64,000 nucleotides of DNA from Octopus vulgaris (taxonomy: Eukaryota): contig OX597825.1 in the NCBI GenBank assembly GCA_951406725.2, forward strand, positions 27,280,001-27,344,000, written 5' to 3'. Both the position numbers and the translations under genes were made by a program. The stretch's first letter is position 1. Every line of letters starts with the position of its first letter. Below are positions 55,355 to 64,000 of this stretch, piece by piece. The notes below the pieces were generated by a model. That model had not been told where the DNA came from. It did no database searches and saw only the letters and a program-made list of their open reading frames with translations.

Positions 55355-55695
55355 GCTGCTGAGACCCCCTTCGGTAATGACTGACCGTGGGATTGTACCT
55401 AGAAAGTTACCCTCCCAGACACAAGTCCGGGTAAGTTTGTTTATGGAAGACCAGCAGTTACCCATTCATACCGCCCTCCCCTCTGCACGCCACCAGTATT
55501 ATCCAAGGGAAAGACAACGGACGATACAGCTTGACACCTGTGACGTCGCGACTCATTTCTACAGCTGAGTGAACTAGAACAACGTGAAATACATTGTCTT
55601 GCTCAAGAACACAACACGCTGCCTAATCCGGGATTCGAACCAACAACCTCACGATCGTAAGCTCGACACTCTAGCCACTGAGCCATGCGCCTTCA
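55355..55695 (-). mobile_element. tRNA-derived SINE, head B + tail Y
   Basis: Reverse strand GAAGGCGCATGGCTCAGTGGCTAGAGTGTCG...GGTTCGAATCCC; tail shared with 47460-47636. Confidence 0.85.
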
Positions 55696-56210
55696 CATAC
55701 TGAATTGAACCACATCCTAATATATGGTAGCTTTGATAAAATTGTGCCTTCCAGATGTTTGAGAACGAATCATATATTGTTACAAATATTGGTGCACCTG
55801 ATTTTAGTAGCAGCATGATGGGTGCACCTAAATATAGTAGCAGATTCAGAAGAGGAAAACTAGTGAGCGGTGGAGAGGTCTCTTAGATAGCAGGCGCCAT
55901 TCACATCAGCTCGGACGTAGCTCTGGTAACTTTTCAAAGACGGTTGCGTTGATATCTTACAGAATACCATACTGAAACATAGAATGATAGTGAGAAAATT
56001 CTTTTGTGTTTTCCCGCACAAAAAAAAATGGTGGATGAGCATTCATTCTTATATTTTCACAGCTGAGATTTCTAATTATGTGTGTGGGGTGGGGATGTGC
56101 ACTTATGCTTACATACAAAAAAAGCATTTAACATTTCTTCTTGAATGTAACACTCGCTCTGTGTTCCCATCTTCAGAACCCTCACTTTTCATGCCTGTAT
56201 TACATGCAGT

Positions 56211-56480
56211 GTGGAGGTACATGGCCTAGTGGTTAGAGCAGCGAACACGCGGTTGAGGAATCACGGGTTCGAATCTCAGACCGAGCGATGTGTGTGTTTA
56301 TGAGCGAAACACCTAAGCTCCACGCGGCTCCGGCAGAAGGTAATGGCGAATTTCTGACTCTTTCGCCACAACTTTCTCTCACTCTTTCCTCTCGCATCTT
56401 GCAGCTCACCTGCGACGGACTGGCGTTCCGTCCAGGTGGGGAACCTATATGCCGGGGAAACCGGGAAGCATGGTTCGAGA
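56211..56480 (+). mobile_element. tRNA-derived SINE, head A + tail X
   Basis: GTGGAGGTACATGGCCTAGTGGTTAGAGCAGCG...GGTTCGAATCTC...CTGCGACGGACTGGCGTTCCGTCCAG. Confidence 0.88.
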
Positions 56481-56544
56481 AGAAACATTGCATGTAGTCC
56501 TCATATTTGCACTAAGCCAAATCAGAAATTCCCAAGCAATTCAA

Positions 56545-56570
56545 TTCGGCAGTTCATATATTAAAATTGG
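56545..56570 (+). pseudogene. Possible U6 snRNA 5' fragment
   Basis: TTCGGCAGTTCATATATTAAAATTGG versus recalled U6 TTCGGCAGCACATATACTAAAATTGG (23/26); the rest of U6 is absent. Confidence 0.4.
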
Positions 56571-57962
56571 TTTTTAACATTTGCTTTGTTCGCAAATTCA
56601 GTCTCTTTCTTCAATCAGGCGTATTCCGATTGTGCTTACATACACAATCATTGTTAAACGCTGAAACGAATAGAAATTCCCATGTAAAAACAAATATGGT
56701 TGTGAGGATTTCCTAATATGTACGTATGTGTATACCACTGTGACTTCATTATGGTCTTATATTTTTCCCTCTGTATGTGTGTCTCTCAGTGGGTTATGAC
56801 TGCGTATGGTTACATGAATGTATATTTCTGCAACTATATGAAGACTAATTATTTTCCTTCTTCATAAAACTTCACGGTGTTTTTTTTTTCTTTTCAGATT
56901 ATGCACTTAAAATAATTGTGCCGTATAGCATCATGACCTTTTCAGTCAGCCGAAAGCTGTGGTTTGTTTAAGAGTATTAATACATTTTTGATAACAGAAA
57001 TCGTTTGAAGAAAAACAGCAATACACTTTATTGATTACATAATCAATCAAGTACTCATTAGACTTCAATTTCACGCTGAACTAATCTTTTCCCAATTCAT
57101 AACTCAACTCAGCGTAGCTTTCTCCAAAATAAAAACATCAAGTTAATATTGGCATTCATTTACTTACTTATTTACTTTTTTTTTTATTGTATCTCAGATA
57201 TGATAGGGTTAATAATGATAAAAAAAAAACTTGCTAAGCAATAACTAATCTTTTCAAATTTCTGCTTATCACAATGCATCCATTTTATGTGCTACGATTA
57301 TAATTTTTACGTCGTTTAACGGTACATGTTAGGTCAAATGTTTGTGTATTTCAGTAAAGATTTTTTTTCTCTTATATTTCTTCGCTTATAGTGCACATAT
57401 TTGGTTAGAGTGCACTATTGAACTTTTTAATATTACATTTTGTACAATGATTGAATAGTCTGATCATTTTATGACATGGTTTGAGTGAAACCTATAAAAG
57501 TAATAAGACACGTCTAGAGATATCATTCGCTTGCAATGTTGACGTAATTATTCATATTTTCTAAGTATTGTGTGAGAAGGACTTCATTAATATGCGATGT
57601 TTCTTTTCATAATGTTATGTTTGGTCATCGTTGAAGATGGAATAGTTTAGATTCTATGGTTTCTATTGTGGTTTGTAATATTCTTTTGAAGAAAAGGAGC
57701 CGAATATGCATTTAAGAGACAGCAGGAACACTATAATAATTTTCTGCTTATGGGAGAGAATGTCTTCGCTACTTCAAATCACTGCGGAAAGATATATCTT
57801 TACATATGAAATGGACCACAAAAAAAAAGATTTGGCATGGAATATTTCGAGTCAGGAACACAATATGTTATACATCCCTATCTATCTATCTATTTATCTA
57901 TGTATCAATCTATATCTATCTATCTATCATCTTTATCTATTAATCTATATACATATACGTAT

Positions 57963-58312
57963 AGGCGCCAGCGTAGCAGTGTAGTAAGAAGATTCCCAGC
58001 CACTCGGTCCTGGGTTCAATCCTATTGCATTTGTCTTCTACTATAGCCTCGGGCCGACCAAGGTCTTGTGAGTGGATTTGGTAGACAGAAACTCAAAGGA
58101 ACCCATCGTGTATATATATGCATATATATGTGTGTATGTGTGTCCTCGTGTCTCTTGTTCTCCCCCACCATCGCTTGACAACAGATGTCGGTGCGTTTAT
58201 GTCCCCGAAATTTAACGTTTCCGTAAAATGGACCGATAGGCTTACAATGTATTAGTCTAGACACGATTTCTTCGACAGAAGGTGGTGCTCCAGAATGACC
58301 GGGCGTGTAAAA
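57963..58312 (+). mobile_element. Family C SINE copy
   Basis: TGTCTTCTACTATAGCCTCGGGCCGACCAAGG.CTTGTGAGTGGATTTGGTAGACAGAAAC; short internal AT/GT tract; tail GGTGGTGCTCCAGAATGACC; followed by (AT)n. Confidence 0.85.
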
Positions 58313-58328
58313 GTATAAATAGTAAAAG

Positions 58329-58421
<93 letters not shown>

Positions 58422-58428
58422 TTATATG

Positions 58429-58478
<50 letters not shown>

Positions 58479-59254
58479 AGTATATATACATATACATATA
58501 TATATGTATGTATATATATATACATATATCATATATGTGTGTGTTTGGTTGTGTGTATGTCTGTTTGTATTGATATAGAAATGTACGCCCACGCGTATAT
58601 GTGAGTGCATTGTTTGAGCCACATTGTCGCCGTAACTTCAATTTTAGTAAGATAAATCAAGGAGATCCATCTCTACTTTTAGAAACTTGTTATATTTCTC
58701 TTGACAAATATCCTAATAGTAAGAATAATATGTTTTTTTATATCATATTTACACATAAACGTAAATCATAGGAAAGCGTAACAGCAGTGTTTCTATTGTT
58801 TTTTAGCTTAAATATGTTATTCTTCAGAGTAAAAATCGTTTTATCTGTTCCTTTCTGTCATTCGATTGAAACTATAAAGTCATTTATCATTTTTATTACA
58901 TGTTAGATTACAATAGTTATTATAAGAGTCGGATTACAAAATCAATACAATTTAGAGCTATATATAGATGTAGTACATATATGCGGACCATTATACATTG
59001 TATTATATTTATCCCACCAGTGTTGATCATTTGAATACCAGTGATGTACGGCAGCATAGAACATAAACATATTTTCGTCATTCAATTCAGCTGTCTTTTA
59101 GGTTTTCGTTACCATAAATAATAATGATTATAAAATATCTTTGTTTCATTCCTTGGCACTTATTATTAATCCAGCTTCCCCCACTATAGGGAACAGCCTT
59201 TTCTCTGCTGGAAGCTTCAGATTTTGGTCTATATCTGACCGTATCCATACATAT

Positions 59255-59935
59255 TAATTCACGATTTTTTATATCTACCCTTTTTCAGCAACTAAGTACT
59301 CGCTCCCTAAATTCCTCTTAAGAGTGACTCCTTATATATTTATAACTTGTTGCAATCACTTGCCGAGACACACTAATTCACGATTTTTTATATCTACCCT
59401 TTTTCAGCAACTAAGCATCCACTCCCTAAATTCACTAACATTATTACCCACTTCCTCTTAACAGTTACTCCTTATATCTTTATAATTTGTTGCAATCACT
59501 TGCCGAGACACACCCAGCGTCCTAAGGCAAGTGAATTATAAGAGATGTTGCGGTATGACTGAAAGAAATGAAGGGGCAGGGACAATAGCGAAATATCCCC
59601 CTGTAATACAACACGGACATTTAAATTGAAAAGGTTTTTCTAAGAATGTGGAAAGTACTTGACAACACAATCTTTTGGATTTCTCTGAGGCATGGCTCTC
59701 CTGAGATGTTGTCTAGATCTTTCGAATATCCCTTTTTTATCATACCTAAGGCATCTTTTGAATTTCTCTGAGGTATGGCTCTCCTGAGATGTTGTCTAGA
59801 TCTTTCGAATAACCCTTTTTTATCATACCTAAGGCACCAACAGTTTTTGCTTTAAGATGCCACATATTCTATATTTGAATTTACAGCTTATGTTTTTCTT
59901 AATTTGTCTAATTCCTTTAGAGATATTTTTTAACA
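59255..59935 (-). pseudogene. 3' end of an R4/Dong-like element with two internal tandem duplications
   Basis: WHLKAKTVGALGMIKKG...EIQKIVLSSTFHILRKTFSI; duplications at about 59255-59375/59376-59515 and 59675-59753/59758-59836. Confidence 0.7.
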
Positions 59936-59953
59936 TTAAGAACACTAGCATTT

Positions 59954-60111
59954 TTTCTTCTTCTTCTTCTTCTTCTTTTTCTTCTTCTTCTTCTTCTTCT
60001 TCTTCTTCTTCTTCTTTTCCTTCTTCTTTTTTCTTCTACGTCTTCTTCTTCTACGTCTTCTTCTTCTTCCCCTTCTTCTTCTTCCCCTTCTTCTTCTTCT
60101 GCTTCTTCTTC
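59954..60111. repeat. (TTC)n microsatellite
   Basis: Directly visible. Confidence 0.95.
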
Positions 60112-60525
60112 TATCGCTGGAGATGTACTACGGTGGCAGTTGTTCACCAACAGTGAACTAAGGTAACACCCCTTATTTTGGAGCACCATACGGAGTATTC
60201 GAGCGGTTCCAAGCATTGCTGTTTTCTGTAAGTGCCTCACCCTAATTGCAGCCCCTATTTCTTCCAGATACTTCTCAAGATTTTTACTCACTTCTCCAAG
60301 GGCTCCGAAGATATTGGTACTAATTCCATCTTTTTCATCGACCACAACTGCTTAACCAACCTGTCATATCTATCGACTTTTCGTTCTTCCTTATCCCATA
60401 CCTTGTTATCAGCTGAGCATTCTATATCCATGATCCAGCATCGTTTGCATTCTTTCTCAATTCACACTATGTTTGGATTCCTATTCTTTATCTCATGGTC
60501 GCACTGAATCCCAAAATCACATAGA
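60112..60525 (-). pseudogene. 3' fragment of an RLE-type (R4-like) element
   Basis: GALGEVSKNLEKYLEEIG...HLQKTAMLGTARILRMVL; CWIMDI; same family as 62010-63410. Confidence 0.8.
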
Positions 60526-60617
<92 letters not shown>

Positions 60618-60621
<4 letters not shown>

Positions 60622-60720
60622 TAGTTTTATTTTTATTTTTATAGCGTGCTTTCACTTCACTACCGAGCGCAGCTCTGTGTGCCTTGGGTATGTGCTGTGA
60701 TTTGTTGTGATGCTCTGATG

Positions 60721-60722
<2 letters not shown>
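60618..60722 (-). mobile_element. Isolated 3'UTR copy (~105 bp) of the Dong-like element, flanked by (TAA)n
   Basis: Near-identical to 60803-60903. Confidence 0.9.
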
Positions 60723-60802
<80 letters not shown>

Positions 60803-60807
<5 letters not shown>

Positions 60808-61825
60808 TAGTTTTATTTTTATAGCGTGCTTTTACTTCACTACCGAGCGCAGCTCTGTGCACCTTGGGTATGTGCTGTGATTTGTTGTGATGCTCTGATG
60901 GTTATTGTATGGAAAGTGTTCTGCGTAGGATGTGTGCAGTGCCTAGTAGTGCAATTTTCTGTATGTTATATGTGTTTGTAAGTCCTGGTGTTTTTGTTAT
61001 GTATTTGTCTGAATATTTTTTTATCGTGCCTAATGCACCTACTATGATAGGAATTGTTTCTGTTTTCAGATTCCACATTCTAGTTACCTCTATTTCCAGG
61101 TCTTTGTATTTTGAGAGTTTCTCCATTTCTTTTAGAGACACGTTGTCATCAGCCGGTATTGATACATCAATTAGAAAGCATTTTTTTCTTCATGATCTCT
61201 GACAACTATATCTGGTCTGTTGGCCTTAATTTCTCTATCTGTGTGTATCGGCATATCCCAGAGTATGGTTGCTTTCTCGTTTTCTGTGACCTTTTCTGGT
61301 GTGTGCATATACCATCTTTTTTCTGTTGTTATTCCATAATGTTGGCATAGCTTCCAATGTATGTAGGTTCCAACTCTGTCATGTCTGTGAATATATTCCT
61401 TCTTAGCCAGGACTGGGCAGCTAGAGATAATATGATTTATTGTTTCTTGTCCATCTCCACATATTCCGCAGTTACTTGTAATATTTCTTTTCATTACATG
61501 TTTTTGGTAATTTCTGGTGGGGAGGCTTTGGTCTTGTGCTGCAATTAAAAATCCCTCTGTTTCTGCTTTGAGTCCTGAGCTTCTCAACCATTGCTGGGAT
61601 TTTTCTTTGTCTATTTCTTTTGCGTTTAGTTTAGTCCAGTATTTACCATGAAGGGGCTTTTCTTGCCATCGTTTTATCATGTTTCGTTGCTGTTCTATCT
61701 TTAGTTTGGATTTCATTTGTTTTATAGCTTTTGTTGTTTCTTCATCTTCTTCTTCTTCTTCATGTTTATTAGGTGGTAGGATTTCTTGTTTGTATTTGTC
61801 AGCTTCCTTAAATACTGAGAACAGT
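60803..61825 (-). mobile_element. 5'-truncated, little-degraded R4/Dong-like element inserted in (TAA)n
   Basis: WQEKPLHGKY, LKAETEGFLIAAQDQSL, CGICGDGQETINHIISSC (CCHC), HRHD, NRPDIV, LIDVSIP, EKLSKYKDL (PD..D/ExK restriction-like endonuclease); one frameshift in a T run; (TTA)n on both sides. Confidence 0.92.
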
Positions 61826-61847
61826 TATTATTATTATTTTATTATTA

Positions 61848-61917
<70 letters not shown>

Positions 61918-62009
61918 TTCATTGTTGTTGTTGTTTTTATCATTATCATTAATATTATTGTTGTTGTTGTTGTTATCATTATCATTAATATTATTGTTGT
62001 TGTTGTTGC

Positions 62010-63410
62010 CTTTGTACTGCACCTAACGCTGGAGATGTACTACAGTGTCAGGTAACACACCTTACTTTTCGAGCACTTTCCAGAGTATTCGAGTGGTTCC
62101 AAGTAGTGCCGTTTTCTGCAAGTGCTCCACCCTTAATGCAGCCCCTATTTGTTCCACGTACTTATCTAGAAATTCGTTCACTGTTCTCAGGGCTCCGATA
62201 ATTATTGGTACTACTGCTAACTTTTCTTCGACCACAACTGCTTAACTTCCCAAGCTTACCTATCATATCTCTCGAGTTTTCTTTCTTCCTCATCGAATAC
62301 ATTGTTGTCAGCTGGGCATATTTTGTCTATGATCCATCATGGTTTGCTTTCTTCCTCAATTAAGACTATATCCAGCTTCCTATTCTCTACCTCATGGTCG
62401 CACTGAATCATAAAATCTCACAGGATCTTGGCATTTCTATTTTTGACGATGCTTTCAGGCTTGCGATCGTACGAATTTTTTGCTCTGTCAAGCCCATACT
62501 TGTTGCCAAGTGTCCAATAGGCAAGCCAGGCTATATTGTCGTGGCGTCTCTTATATTCCTTCTCGGCCAGTAGCGTACATTGACTGTCCATGCGATTACA
62601 CCTGCTCCATATCTAAGGAGTGAAACCGCCCACGTTTTCATAGCTTCGATCTTATTCCGTCCATTTAATTTCGAGTTAAGGATTAGTCTCAGTCTGCGCA
62701 AGTACTCCACCTTAATTTTTTCTGTCATTTCTTCCTCCATCAATATATCCAATTCCCAAATCCCCAACTACTTATAGTCCGTCTCTTCTATCTGCTTCAT
62801 AACCTCCCCTGACGATATTGTTAGCGTGCCCATACGTTTGATTTTGATTCTCTTCAAGTCTAACGCACCACACTTTCTAAGTCCGAACTACATTTTGATA
62901 TTAGCCGTATCAATGAGGGAACTTACTTGGGATTCATCTTTCCCATAAACTTTCAGGTCATACGTGAATAATAAATGGTTGACTTTTTGCTGTCAGCTTT
63001 AGAATACCTACCCAGCATTTGCTTTCCTCAGAAGCAGTGTTAGTGGTATCAAGCACAGTACAAAGTTCAGTGGAGACAAGCAGTCCTTTTGGAAGATGCG
63101 CCTCCTAATTTCTAATGTCCCTAAACTTTGTCCGTATGCTGTCAGGTCCTTCCTCCAATTCGCTATACTTTTTCCAATCAATCGCTCAACGTTCGATGCA
63201 ATATCAATTAGGCTCATACACTCCATAATCCAAGAATTTGGAATCATATCATACGCCTTAGTGCAGTCGATCCCTGACGTGGCTAAGTTACTTTTCCTCT
63301 TCTTGCAGTCTCTAAGTACCGTTTTGTCTATCAGGAGTTGATCCTTGGTACTTCTGCAATTACGCTTGCAATTCTTCTGCTCATGTGGCAGGTCTCCATT
63401 TTTTACAGAT
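62010..63410 (-). pseudogene. Degraded, internally deleted R4-like RLE element
   Basis: [22 protein letters not shown]...[10 protein letters not shown]; [10 protein letters not shown]; EYLRRLRLILNSKLNGRNK; KEYKRRHDNIA; HLQKTALLGTTRIL. Confidence 0.85.
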
Positions 63411-64000
63411 GTTCTTACATTGCCTCTGTATGTTTTTATTTTTTTTTTTTAAATGTTATATTAAGTTATTTGTCTGCCTGTGTTTACTTTATGCATATTT
63501 CAGTATTATGTACACCAGTTATGTATCTGTATACATCATTAATATATAAGTGCATGTGGATGTATGTATTCATATATGTGTTTATATGTACATTTGTGCA
63601 TTCATGTGTGTGTGTGTGTGAAAGGGGTGCCTGTCTCCAAAACTCCAAAGTTGAGTGACGTTTTCAAGCTTGGATTTGTAAACTAAGAAAAGAATAACAC
63701 TGGTCAGCAAAGAATCTGTCACAAAAGCACAGAAAATACGTAATATACAAACACACAGGGAAATTAAAACGAAACACGCGGGTGAAAAGAATCACGTGAT
63801 GTGAAGAGTCAACATAGTACAAGGTGCGGCACAGACAACAGTGGTTGTCATGGTAACAAGCTGCTAATGCCACGCTGTCTGTTGATTGGCGAAAATTACC
63901 CAAATTTCTCACATTCAATTCCAAATAACATCATAAAGTAATTGCTTGATCGTAATCAAAATTCAGAGTTGCATCGATTCACCAAAATTGAAACCAATCT

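Noticed and set aside
40953-56480. tRNA-like sequences with A and B boxes
   Set aside because: They continue into SINE bodies and lack a complete cloverleaf; treated as SINE heads, not tRNA genes.

Overview
This is eukaryotic, AT-rich, repeat-saturated DNA with no recognisable host protein-coding gene. The SINE, LINE and microsatellite content looks like an octopus genome (inference from recalled repeat families, not verified). Nearly all ORFs in the track are microsatellite artefacts or transposon debris. The centrepiece is an apparently full-length ~5.6 kb CR1-group LINE (about 22442-28055) lying between two long (TA)n tracts. It has a YY1-like motif at its 5' end and a long 5'UTR with an intron-like pyrimidine tract ending at an AG 6 nt before the ATG. 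Its ORF1 combines a Myb/SANT-like (trihelix-type) N-terminus with a CCCH zinc finger, and its ORF2 encodes an APE endonuclease plus reverse transcriptase. Each ORF is broken only by one apparent missing base in a G5 run. Truncated relatives also end in (AT)n. A tRNA/CORE-type SINE shares the LINE's 3' stem-loop and carries an internal (AT)n/(GT)n tract, suggesting a LINE-SINE-microsatellite loop (hypothesis). Also present: R4/Dong-like RLE retroelements stacked in (TAA)n, several Tc1/mariner relics, tandem SINE arrays, head/tail-shuffled SINEs, a ~600 bp hairpin, a Penelope-like hairpin with a hammerhead-like core, and a U6-like fragment. Boundaries of degenerate repeats are approximate and read by eye.
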